A DNA stretch of 32,000 nucleotides from Candidatus Midichloria mitochondrii IricVA (lineage in GTDB: Bacteria; Pseudomonadota; Alphaproteobacteria; Rickettsiales; Midichloriaceae), in NCBI RefSeq assembly GCF_000219355.1, contig NC_015722.1, forward strand, positions 1,050,001 to 1,082,000. The letters run 5' to 3'. A model generated the notes under the pieces. That model was not told the DNA's origin and did no database searches. It saw only the letters and a program-made list of their open reading frames with translations. Below are positions 1-15,768 of the stretch, piece by piece; the stretch's first letter is position 1, and every line of letters starts with the position of its first letter. The position numbers were made by a program, and so were the translations under genes.

Positions 1-22
1 GTAAAAGGATTAATAAAAAATT

Positions 23-934
23 ATGTTGAAGCTACCCATTATTTTGATCAAACAAAATACCAAAATAAACTTCCTAAAACAGCGACATATAGCCTATTTG
101 ATTAGCACAGTTATTACTATAGTCACTTTGATTTGTATTTTCACTAAAGGATTTAACTTGGGCATAGACTTCACAGGAGGGGTAATTATGGAAATCAGTT
201 CTTCTTCTCTAATCACTGCCACTAATATGCGATCTTTCTTGGATCAAGCTGGCTATCACGGAGCTGCAATACAATATGACGAGAAAGATAATCTAATTGT
301 CAGACTGCAAACGAAAAATGATAATCTATACGCTAGTGAAATAGAGGCCCTCAAAAATAGTATTGCTACAGAATTTACCAATGTAGAATTTAGGAAGATT
401 GACTATGTAGGACCTAAAATTGGAGATGAGCTCATCAATAAAGGGATTATTGCTGTGGTACTTGCTCTCATTGCAATGATGATATACGTTGCAATAAGAT
501 TTAATTGGGTTTTTGGTATAGGAGTTGTTATTGCCTTAGTTCATGATATAATTGCTGCTCTCGGTTTTTATATTTTTTCTAGATTTGAATTTAATTTAAC
601 TTCTATTGCTGCGATACTGACCATTATAGGATATTCAGTTAATGATAGTGTAGTAATATATGACAGAATTAGAGAAAATTTAAAAAAACATTCTAAAAAG
701 AGCATTTCTGAGTTAATTAATTTAAGCATTAATGAAACCCTATCAAGAACTATAATGACTGCTGCCACCACTCTAGTAGTCTGCATAGCACTGGTCTTAT
801 TTGGAGGGCCAGCCTTAAAAGGATTTGGAGCTACGTTATTTTTCGGGACAGCTTTTGGTACGTATTCTTCTATATATATCTCTGCACCGTTGTTGACGCT
901 ATTTTATAAATCTAAAGAAGTAAAGGGTTTATAA
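23..934 (+). CDS. secF: protein-export membrane protein SecF
   Basis: 303-aa ORF for a polytopic membrane protein. It carries SecF-type conserved blocks (GIDFTGG near the N-terminus; IGYSVNDSVVIYDRIREN; TLSRTIMT). Its length is typical of a stand-alone SecF. Confidence 0.9.
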   Translation: MLKLPIILIKQNTKINFLKQRHIAYLISTVITIVTLICIFTKGFNLGIDFTGGVIMEISSSSLITATNMRSFLDQAGYHGAAIQYDEKDNLIVRLQTKNDNLYASEIEALKNSIATEFTNVEFRKIDYVGPKIGDELINKGIIAVVLALIAMMIYVAIRFNWVFGIGVVIALVHDIIAALGFYIFSRFEFNLTSIAAILTIIGYSVNDSVVIYDRIRENLKKHSKKSISELINLSINETLSRTIMTAATTLVVCIALVLFGGPALKGFGATLFFGTAFGTYSSIYISAPLLTLFYKSKEVKGL

Positions 935-992
935 TTTTGCAATTTTACCTACATTAGCGTATAAGGTTTTAAGTTACAGGGATAATAAAAAG

Positions 993-2316
993 ATGCAGAA
1001 TATAGCTTATAAAATAACAGGCGGAGAAAAAGTTAGCGGTAAAGTGACTTGCATGGGAGCAAAAAAATTTTGCAACCAAAGCCATGATAGCCTGTTTGCT
1101 ATCAAGAGAAATATCTACCTTGAATAATGTCCCAAGAATTGGAGATGTCGAAATTACGCAGAAACTTTTGGAATCAGCTGGAGCTCGTATCAGTTGGAAT
1201 GCACATAATTCCATAACTATAGACCCTGCGCCTCTACAAGAATCAAAAGTTGCGCTTCCAGATTCAAGAACAAATAGGATGCCAATTCTATTGCTTAGTG
1301 TGCTTTTACACCGATTCGGAACTGCAACTGTTCCAACAGTTGGAGGTGATGATATCGGTAAAAGAAATGTCGACTTTCATATAGACGCTATTCAAAAATT
1401 CGGAGCAGACGTAAAAAAAGAAGGTAATGTATATACTGCGGAAGTGAGGAATAAGCTCAAGGGTTGTCACATAACTTTACCTTACCCATCAGTTGGAGCC
1501 ACAGAAACCTGTTTATTTTTAGCCACACTCGCTGAAGGAACTAGCGTTATTAAGAATATTGCAATTGAGCCAGAGATTATCGCACTAATAACTATGTTAA
1601 GAGCGATGGGCGCTATTATATTTTTAGACTCAGGGAGGTGTATAACTGTACACGGTGTGCAGGAATTAGATGGCACTAATATTTATGTAATTGGAGATAG
1701 AATAGAGGCCGCCTCTTGGGCCTCACTCGCTTGCGCTTCAGGCGGGGAAATAGAGGTGTCTGGGGTAAAACCTGATCAACTTGGTAATTTTCTTTCATAC
1801 TACAACCAAGTTGGCGGCGGTTATAAATTGATTGATGCCGATACAATTAAATTCTATCGTCGGCATGAGTTAAAGCATGTCATTATTGAAACAGATGTTT
1901 ATCCAGGATTTTCAACAGATTGGCAGCAGCCTTTTTCAGTATTATTGACACAGGCTAACGGTATGTCTGTAATTCATGAAACTGTATATGAGCAACGATT
2001 CGGTTATTTAGAAGTATTAAATAAGTTAGGAGCAAAAACTCAAGTAGTAAAAGCTTGCTTAGGCTCTCTTCCTTGTCGCTATAAAGGCTTTGACTATGAG
2101 CATGGCGCTCTAATATATGGCCCTACAACCCTCAAAGCAATTCCAGAACCAATTGCAGTACCAGATATAAGAGGTGGACTTGCTTACCTCATTGCTGCTG
2201 CCCTTGCAGAAGGCACGACTATACTAACAGTCGCAGAACAAATAGAAAGAGGCTACGGCGATTTAATCGAAAAGTTAAAAGACGTCAACCTAAAGATAGA
2301 AAAAATAAGAGTATGA
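993..2316 (+). CDS. murA: UDP-N-acetylglucosamine 1-carboxyvinyltransferase MurA; reading frame interrupted by one extra A in an A7 run (1061-1067)
   Basis: The ATG at 993 gives MQNIAYKITGGEKVSGKVTCMGAK, then the frame dies. The 410-aa ORF 1084..2316 in the next frame is a full-length MurA/EPSP-synthase-fold protein (RIGDVEITQKLLESAGA, VGGDDIGKRNVDFHI, GDRIEAASW, RGGLAYLIAAALAEG). Deleting one A from the run fuses the parts as GAKNFATKAMIACLLS, the canonical MurA N-terminus. Confidence 0.85.
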
Positions 2317-3445
2317 GTACCATCGAAACATTTAAAAAAAGTATAGAGAATACCTTAGAGCTTCTCAGGAGGTATCTTTGACTGGGATAATTCTCTAACA
2401 AGATTACAGCAACTTAACTATGAGTGTGAGCAGCTATCTTTATGGTCTGATCAACAAAAGACTAAGAAACTGCTAAAGGAGAGAGACTACCTGGAAAAAT
2501 CTATTAATGGAATCGTCAAGATTAGAAAAAAAACTTAAGGAAAATTTAGAGTTATACAATCTAGCAAGTGAAGCTAGTGATCAAAGCTTAATCTTGGAAA
2601 TTGACCACGAATTAGAAAAACTATCTCAGGAAACGAAAAAACAAGAAATAGAATGTTTATTTTCAGGCGAGGCTGACAATAATGGCTGCTTTGCTGAAAT
2701 CCATTCTGGAGCTGGAGGAACTGAGAGTAACGATTGGGCTGCTATGTTACTTAGAATGTACTTACGTTGGATTGAACAGCATAAATTTAAGTCTGAAATA
2801 ATAGATCAACTAAGTGGTGAAGAGGCTGGTATAAAATCATGTACAATAAAAATTTCGAGCCCTGGGTCATATGGTTGGCTCAAGAATGAGACCGGTATAC
2901 ATAGATTAGTTAGAATTTCACCATTTAATAGTGCCGGGAAAAGACACACCAGCTTTGCAAGCATTTTTGTGTATCCAGTTGTTGATGAAGACATACAAAT
3001 TAAAATAAAGGAGTCAGAGCTAAGAATTGATACTTATAGAGCATCAGGAGCGGGGGGACAGCATGTTAACACTACAGATAGTGCGGTTAGAATCATACAC
3101 CTGCCAACAGGAATAGTAGTGCAATCACAAAGCAACCGTTCCCAACACCGCAATCGAGATGAATGTTTTTCTATGCTAAAGGCGAGGCTCTATGATCTAG
3201 AACTAAAGAAAAAAGAGGCAGCAGCTAGCCAGCTGAATGCCTCCAAAACCGGTATTAGTTGGGGCCACCAGATTAGATCCTATGTTCTACATCCTTATCG
3301 TGTGGTTAAAGATTTAAGAACTGGTCACCAAGAAACAGACACCACCGCAGTTTTAGACGGAGATCTTGACAAATTCATGTATAAGATGTTAGTAAGCAAA
3401 GCGACCGGTAAGGGCCTAGATAACTTTATTGAAGATTTGGATTAG
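2313..3445 (+). CDS. prfB: peptide chain release factor 2, with the programmed +1 frameshift at codon 23 and a second frame break in an A8 run (2526-2533)
   Basis: The ATG at 2313 overlaps the murA stop (ATGA). It encodes MSTIETFKKSIENTLELLRRYL followed by an in-frame TGA at 2379-2381. The +1 frame continues DWDNSLTRLQQLN...SINGIVKIRKK and stops at 2536. ORF 2507..3445 carries the RF2 body (SGAGGTESNDWA, SPF motif in RISPFNSAGKRHTSF, GGQ motif in RASGAGGQHVNTTDSAVRI). Removing one A from the run joins KIRKK to LKENLELYNLA. Confidence 0.9.
2367..2382 (+). promoter_or_regulatory. RF2 autoregulatory +1 frameshift signal: AGGAGG TAT CTT TGA C
   Basis: An internal Shine-Dalgarno-like AGGAGG (2367-2372) lies 3 nt upstream of the slippery CTT (2376-2378), followed by TGA-C. 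This is almost identical to the E. coli prfB site AGGGGGUAUCUUUGAC. Confidence 0.9.
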
Positions 3446-3448
3446 TTT

Positions 3449-3652
3449 ATGCGTTGGACAGATATTTACGATATAGCAATTTCTTTAGAAGAAAAGTACC
3501 CTGATATTGATATAATTAATATCAGCTTTCCAAAACTAAAAGAGATGGTGGTTTCTCTAAATTATCTCGATGATTTGCCTAACAGATCAAACGAAAAGAT
3601 ATTAGAAGCAGTCCAAGCTGCATGGCTTGAAGAAAGGGATAGCAACCATTAG
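3449..3652 (+). CDS. iscX: Fe-S cluster assembly protein IscX (YfhJ)-like
   Basis: 67-aa ORF with the IscX signature layout: WTD near the N-terminus, YPDID, and C-terminal SNEKILEAVQAAWLEE. Compare E. coli IscX: [20 protein letters not shown]...SNEKILEAI..W..E. Confidence 0.75.
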   Translation: MRWTDIYDIAISLEEKYPDIDIINISFPKLKEMVVSLNYLDDLPNRSNEKILEAVQAAWLEERDSNH

Positions 3653-3709
3653 AAAATTTTCTCCCAAATATAGAGAGCCAAAACAACTTCCGTATTATAA
3701 AGAGCCAAA

Positions 3710-5483
3710 TTACTGAGCCATATGCTCATCTAGCAAGTCCCAACGTAGCTCTTCGTAAACCCAGGAAGTTGCATTATCCGCACCAACTACTAAAAATATG
3801 TCCAGTTCTGGATCAAACCTGGTGAACATTTTGAGCGTAGCTAGTACTGCTGCCACTGTAACCCCAGGATCTCATCGTCTGGGTCTAAGCCTGGATAACG
3901 GACTTGGAGAACCAGCGAACCATGAATTACTCTCGCCCAATTTCTCATGCAATCCTTGCAAGAACGTTATTTCTAAATTATTTGCTTCCTCACTATTTTC
4001 ATCATAACCTAATGCGGTTCTTAAATCTCTAAACCAGCTTGCTACCCTATCAAACACCTCGTTATCCCGCTCTATAATGGCAGAATCTGAGTCAATTAAT
4101 TCATTAGTGCCAGCAATCGCCTTAAACAATGAAGTCACTAGCTTCTCCATATCACTTTTAAAGCCTTTTGATCTTAAACTCCTCTTTGTGCTGCTCAAGT
4201 TTGATTAAAATATCACGCAAAGCTTCCTCTCCGCCCTCATCGAAAGCTTGGATAAGAAAGCTTAGCAGCTTCATTTTCTTTTCCATCTTGATCTATTGCC
4301 AACTTAATTACTCTATTTAAAAGGTCCGCTCCATCATTGCTATTAGTAGCTAGTTTTAACATGGCCGTATTTCTTAAAAGCACACTATCGTATTGTGTTT
4401 CTGCCCTTACTTAATGTTGGATAAGCTCCACTACTACCGTAAACTTCTTGCTCTTCAGGAGACACCAAGTTTGATTCCTCACCGGCCGCGTTTCTCTTCC
4501 CCTCAAGCGGTCTATCTTCAATTACATTTAATTCTCTTCTAGCAAAGTGGGGTCCCCTATGGACCAAACATTGGATTTATATTAGCCTGCATTTCGTCTT
4601 CTCCATAACTCTGGATATTAAATATAAACTTTAGGTCAGTACGCATCCTGGTTGGTTCTCTGATCATCTTCTCTAAAGAAGATTTATATATAGAGAGCTC
4701 TTTGTAATAGAGCACAGGCTTCAGTATGGTTATGCTGTCTATCATACAGTAACGCTATTTCTCGATAAACTTGTGCCACCTCAGCATTAGTTTCCCCATA
4801 CAGTTCCTTATATATAGCAAGCTTTGCATACAGCAATCGCGTCTTCATGATTTTGTAAATTTTTATACACTAAACCTATGCGGTCACACACCTGTGCTAC
4901 CTCCTTGCTGTTTTCTCCAAGGATCTCACGGCTAATATCTAAAGATAAGTGATAGAAAATTTTAGCTTTATCATACTAGGTTCCGCCAGGCGCAATGATC
5001 CCCTGCCACGCTAGCTAGCAACTTCAAGCCGTTGTTCTTTTTTTAAATCTTCAAGAATTTTTAAATCGCTGATAATTTTGCTAGTATGCGCCAAAGCATT
5101 ATCGTGGAGTGGAGTTACAAAGCCGGATTCATTACATAACTGAGTCAAAACTTTCATCCACAACATTTGCAATTCCGCTTTATTAGAAGCGGACGAAGTA
5201 TCCACTCCTACAGCTAATTCAAATATTCGATAGGTAGACGGCTCTTTAAAGCGTATTAAAAAACCGTGTTCTTCGCAAAGCCTTAATGCTACGCTATAAT
5301 ACTCGTCATTTCCTGCAATTCTTTCTAATAAATACGCAAAAATGGGCTCCTTCGCAACTAATGATACTGCTTCACTAATTTGATTGCCAAAAGTGCTGCT
5401 GGATCTTCTAATTTTCTCCATTCCTTGAATATCTCCTGAAGCTGAGTCTCACTAAAATTTTCTTCTTTGGTGCTGTCACGCAT
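3710..5483 (-). pseudogene. degraded gene for a TPR-repeat (kinesin-light-chain-type TPR_10/12) protein, fragmented into at least 6 frame pieces
   Basis: The minus-strand reading starts at ATG 5483 (MRDSTKEENFSETQLQEIFKEW) and hops frames through ORFs 5011..5421, 4557..4745, 4385..4567 and 3872..4198. The last piece ends at the stop at 3710-3712. Region 4560-4990 translates to 42-aa TPR units (DKAKIFYHLSLDISREILGENSKEVAQVCDRIGLVYKNLQNHEDAI / AIYKELYGETNAEVAQVYREIALLYDRQHNHTEACALLQRAL) interrupted by stops and frameshifts. Confidence 0.55.
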
Positions 5484-5796
5484 ACCTACCTCTATCTATA
5501 ACAACAAAAACAACACCGTAGCGTATTGTATATACACCTCAAAACAGTGGTCAAGATTTTTTTACAGCAATAGCGAGGTAGGAGAAAGTTGCGTAAACAC
5601 AGCAGAGTAACTCTTATTCATCGAAAAAGGCAGCATAAATAATTGGCGGGCAACGCATTTACCCTCGAACCGCGACAAACAAAAGTCCTCACAGGCTTAT
5701 CATCCATACTACTGCAACAGAAGCTATACTCCACTATCAAAATATTTTATAGTCTCCCCTGCTTGTACGCTGTATACCAATATCTCTTTATCAAAC

Positions 5797-6039
5797 CTAA
5801 GATAAAAGTATATTGCATCTATCTTTGGTAATACGAGCAAAACCCCATTCAATATCATAAATCGTTATGGTGTTCTCTAAATAAGCCTTGATTTGCCCCT
5901 TCTTTAATGTAACAACCATAGGTATATGTCCATTTAAAATTCCTAATTCTCCTTCCTTTCCTGGAATTACTATCATATCTAAATCCTCGTCTAGAATCTT
6001 GGAATCAAGTGCTAACAACTTACAGTTTATTTTTGACAC
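5797..6039 (-). CDS. atpC: F1 ATP synthase epsilon subunit, short form (beta-sandwich domain only)
   Basis: 80-aa ORF immediately downstream of atpD. It has the epsilon N-domain pattern (LDMIVIPGKEGELGILNGHIPMVVTLKKGQIK...GFARITKDRCNILL). No C-terminal helical hairpin is encoded before the stop. Confidence 0.8.
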   Translation of the reverse strand: MSKINCKLLALDSKILDEDLDMIVIPGKEGELGILNGHIPMVVTLKKGQIKAYLENTITIYDIEWGFARITKDRCNILLS

Positions 6040-6049
6040 TATCTACCTA

Positions 6050-7489
<1,440 letters not shown>

Positions 7490-8353
7490 TTATATTGCTT
7501 GTGCTCCTGAAATGATTTCAATAAGCTCTTTTGTAATTAAAGCCTGTCTTGTCCTACTATATTTATTGCTTAAATTATGTAGCATTTCTTTAGCATTTCT
7601 TGTCGCATTATCCATAGCAGTCATTCGCGCACTGTGTTCGCTGGCCGCATTTTCAAGTAGTACATTATAAATAACAGCTATTAAATATTTTTCTGTTAGT
7701 TCCTCAATCATTTCTGGTAAAACCGGCTCAAACTCAAAATTTGCACCTTGATTGGTTATTCCAACCTCACAAGGAATAATCTGTTTATTAACTGTTTCAT
7801 ACTGCATTGCTGATACAAAATTATTAAATATGATATTTGCAGTATTAAACTTATCTAAGCTTAAATCCTTAATAATATTTTCTACTATTGAGCTTGCTAA
7901 TTTAGTGTCTATTTGCTTTGTGCTCGACACTTTTGTGACTAATTCCGTCCCAAAATGATTACTTAAGCTCTCATCACCGCGCTTTCCAATGCACCTTATA
8001 TAAAAACTTTCACCTAAAGTTTGTAGTGTAGTACAATACTCTTTTGCTTTTTTGATTACAGCAGCATTAAAGGAGCTACACAGTCCTCTATCAGAGGTGA
8101 CTACAACAATCAAATGTTTCTGCCTTTCAGAAAATTTTTTAAACATCGGTATATTTAATTCGGCACTCCCAGCAACAGATATGATCATTTCCTGCATTGC
8201 AGTTGTGTATGGAATAGATAACTCCAAAGCCTCCCTCGCCTTATTTAGTCTTGCGGCAGAGATAAGTTGCATTGCTCTAGTAATTTTCTGCGTGGATTTT
8301 ACACTCTTTATCCGTCCCTTTAAAAATTTTAATGAAGACATAGCGTTTCCCAA
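7490..8353 (-). CDS. atpG: F1 ATP synthase gamma subunit
   Basis: 287-aa ORF. The N-terminus SLKFLKGRIKSVKSTQKITRAMQLISAARL and C-terminus ALITKELIEIISGAQAI are canonical gamma helices. It sits between atpA and atpD. Confidence 0.93.
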   Translation of the reverse strand: MGNAMSSLKFLKGRIKSVKSTQKITRAMQLISAARLNKAREALELSIPYTTAMQEMIISVAGSAELNIPMFKKFSERQKHLIVVVTSDRGLCSSFNAAVIKKAKEYCTTLQTLGESFYIRCIGKRGDESLSNHFGTELVTKVSSTKQIDTKLASSIVENIIKDLSLDKFNTANIIFNNFVSAMQYETVNKQIIPCEVGITNQGANFEFEPVLPEMIEELTEKYLIAVIYNVLLENAASEHSARMTAMDNATRNAKEMLHNLSNKYSRTRQALITKELIEIISGAQAI

Positions 8354-8356
8354 ATA

Positions 8357-9881
8357 TCACACAAAAGACTTGGCAAAATCAGATAAAACTTTATGCAACT
8401 CCTTTGCAATATCATCACTAATCTCCTGTTCCGTTTTTATTCGCTCAAGCAATACAGAATTATTAAATTTGGTATACTCGCGTAATGTTTCTTCAAATCT
8501 CTTAACGTCTTTTGTTGCTAAAGCGTCCAAATACCCATTAATACCCGCAAAAAGGCCTAAAATCTGCTCCTCAACGGCACTGGGGCTATATCGAGCTTGT
8601 TTTAAGAGCTCCGTTAATCTTTCGCCCCGAGCCAATAATTTTTGCGTTGCTAAATCTAAATCCGCAGAAAATTGAGAAAAAAGCTTCCATTTCTCTATAT
8701 TGTGCAAGCTCTAATTTAATACTACCTGCAACTTGTTTCATAGCTTTAATTTGTGCTGCCGATCCAACCCGGCTAACTGATAACCCAACGCTAACTGCAG
8801 GTCTAACACCTTTATAAAAGAGTTCTGTTTCTAAGAAAATTTGTCCATCAGTAATTGAAATCACATTTGTTGGAATATATGCTGAGACGTCCCCTCCTTG
8901 CGTTTCAATAATGGGTAAGGCAGTTAAAGAACCACCGCCATCTTTATCTGACATTTTAGCAGCTCTTTCTAGAAGCCTGGAATGCACGTAAAAAACATCC
9001 CCAGGATAAGCTTCACGTCCCGGAGGTCTACGTAATAATAACGACATCTGCCTATAGGCTACAGCATGCTTACTTAAGTCATCATATATGATTAAGGCAT
9101 GCATTGCGTTATCACGGAAAAACTCGCCAATACTGCAACCTGTATAGGGAGCAATAAACTGCATTGGAGCTGGTTCTGAAGCTGATGCTAAAACAACCGT
9201 CGTATAGCTCATCGCTCCTTCTTCCTCAAGTTTTTTAATTATTTTGGCAACAGAGGAGGTTTTCTGACCAATTGCGACATATATGCAGTGTATCTTATCT
9301 TTATCATCGCCTGATATATGAGCCTCTTTTTGGTTTAATATAGTATCAATTGCTATAGCTGTCTTACCTGTTTGCCTATCTCCTATGATTAATTCCCGCT
9401 GCCCTCTACCTATTGGGATAAGCGCATCTATTACTTTAATACCAGTCTGCATAGGCTCGCTAACCGACTGTCTAGCTATGATCCCAGGTGCCTTTACTTC
9501 TACTCGCCTATATTCAACACTTTCTAAGGGTCCCTTACCGTCTATAGGGTTACCTAATCCATCTACGACCCGACCCAGTAGGCCTTTGCCAGTTGGGACT
9601 TCAAGAATTTCTCCGATCCTTTTAACTGCTTCTCCCTCAACAACGTCTCGGTCGCTACCAAATATAACTACTCCAACGCTCTCTGCTTCCAAATTCAGCA
9701 CCAGGCCCTTTACGCCACTACTAAATTCAACAACCTCACCAGCCTGCGCAGCGTCAAGGCCGAACACTATAGCAACTCCATCCGACACTTTAACAACTTG
9801 CCCTATTTCATCAAGAGATGCAACCTCCTGAAAACCTGAGATTTTTTGTTTTAATACATTAGATATCTCTGAAGCCTTCAT
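8357..9881 (-). CDS. atpA: F1 ATP synthase alpha subunit; frame interrupted by one extra T in a T6 run on the coding strand (A6 at 8677-8682 on +)
   Basis: ORF 8586..9881 (431 aa) has Walker [16 protein letters not shown] and runs to ...[12 protein letters not shown] before going out of frame. ORF 8357..8707 supplies the missing C-terminus ([33 protein letters not shown]...). Removing one T gives [13 protein letters not shown], the conserved alpha-subunit junction. Confidence 0.92.
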
Positions 9882-10426
9882 TCCTTACCCTCATTCAAGT
9901 ACTTTTTTAGCTTATTTAGCCTATTTCTTAATGAGTAGTCCAGCACTTTATTACCGACTCTGATAATAAAACCACCTAATATCTCTTTATTTTCTTCAGA
10001 CTCTAGTAGTATTTCCTTGCCCGATGCACTCTTTAACTGCTCCTTAATGAATTGACCCATATCTTCTTGACGAGAACAAATCGTCAGACTCGCCCTTATA
10101 ATGCCAGACTCAAAAAGAATGATCTCATTAAAGAATTTAATCATATCATATAGCATACTAATTCTATTATTAACCAGCAAAACTTCTATAAAGTTTCTAG
10201 TAACATCCCTAATATTAAGTCCATCTAACGCAGTATTGATAAACATTTTTTTCATCTTATATGGAGAAAATTGAGAGAACATTAGCTTTTCATAATGTTT
10301 GTTATTGCTTAATTTCTCTGAAATAGCATTTAGATCCTTTTTAACACCCTCTATAGAGCTTTGTTCTTTTGCTATCTCATATAGAGTTTTTGCATACTTT
10401 TTAATAATACTTTTTTGTCGAATCAT
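9878..10426 (-). CDS. atpH: F1 ATP synthase delta (OSCP) subunit
   Basis: 182-aa ORF directly upstream of atpA, with a 4-nt ATGA overlap. It shows OSCP-like features (YAKTLYEIA near the N-terminus; [23 protein letters not shown] at the C-terminus). Confidence 0.85.
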   Translation of the reverse strand: MIRQKSIIKKYAKTLYEIAKEQSSIEGVKKDLNAISEKLSNNKHYEKLMFSQFSPYKMKKMFINTALDGLNIRDVTRNFIEVLLVNNRISMLYDMIKFFNEIILFESGIIRASLTICSRQEDMGQFIKEQLKSASGKEILLESEENKEILGGFIIRVGNKVLDYSLRNRLNKLKKYLNEGKE

Positions 10427-10528
10427 TTAACAAAATTAGCCCGCAGAACTAGACCCCCAGGAGTAACACACATTACAATTATTGACAATACATTGTAACT
10501 CGATTTAATAAATTTTTTCAAAAGTGTC

Positions 10529-15125
<4,597 letters not shown>

Positions 15126-15768
15126 AGGTTTTCCTCAATTAAAAGTGCCTTATTTTTCTACGATATTTTTGCTTTTCAAGCAATTTAAATATGTTCCGTA
15201 TACATAACTTAACTTCAAGAGATTAACCTAAAGCATAACTCCCCTATTAGCCAAGGACCACCTAGTCTTTAAAAATTTTGGGCTATTTATTGATAAGAAA
15301 TCATAGGTAGCGCCATTTAAGCGCACCCAATAATGAGTACAACTACTATTAATTTATGTTAACAACTATTGATAATATCTTAACATTACCTCGTCGTTTG
15401 CGTGATAAGATTCTGATCTATCTAGAAAAATACATCTATAACATAGGTTATATACTTCTTTAGCCTGAAAAGTTGATAACCATAGCTGAGGCAAGCTTGC
15501 AATGACAAGACATGGCCCGTCTCCACCTTTTTTGCAAGCTTCGCTTTACACAAGGCAAGCCATAAAAAAAGCAAAAGAGCCTCTCAAACAGAGCATCTCT
15601 TATATCTTGTTGGAGGCTTTTCAACTCTTCTAGAGTTATATGTACGTACTAGAGACTACAGCACCATTCTTCATAATCCCTCCAAATATTATTCGAATTA
15701 TAAATTGACAATGTTTCTGATTTATCCTTACATTTGTGGGAAGCTACAAATTACTATTTTGAACAATA

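Noticed and set aside
3710-3830. MFTRFDPELDIFLVVGADNATSW... on the minus strand, faintly reminiscent of the nucleotidyltransferase (NadD-like) F.IGAD..W block
   Set aside because: It is a single short motif-like match with no supporting HxGH or other motifs. The piece is contiguous with the decayed TPR gene, so it is treated as the tail of that pseudogene.
5643-5831. 62-aa + strand ORF overlapping the atpC 3' end
   Set aside because: It has no motifs and overlaps atpC antisense. It lies in the spacer left behind by the TPR pseudogene and atpC truncation.
8052-8675. 207-aa + strand ORF, plus similar + strand ORFs at 6135..6338, 7110..7364, 7365..7670, 7752..7958 and 9385..9831
   Set aside because: All lie antisense to the strongly conserved atpD/atpG/atpA genes. 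They have a low-complexity, Ser/Ile/Leu/Pro-biased composition and no recognisable motifs. They are shadow ORFs of the real genes.
15510-15540. Possible sigma54 promoter (TGGCCC ... TTGCA) upstream of fliI
   Set aside because: The GG-to-GC spacing is about 18 nt instead of the required 10 nt, so it is not a valid -24/-12 element. I also found no convincing sigma28 (TAAA-N15-GCCGATAA) match.
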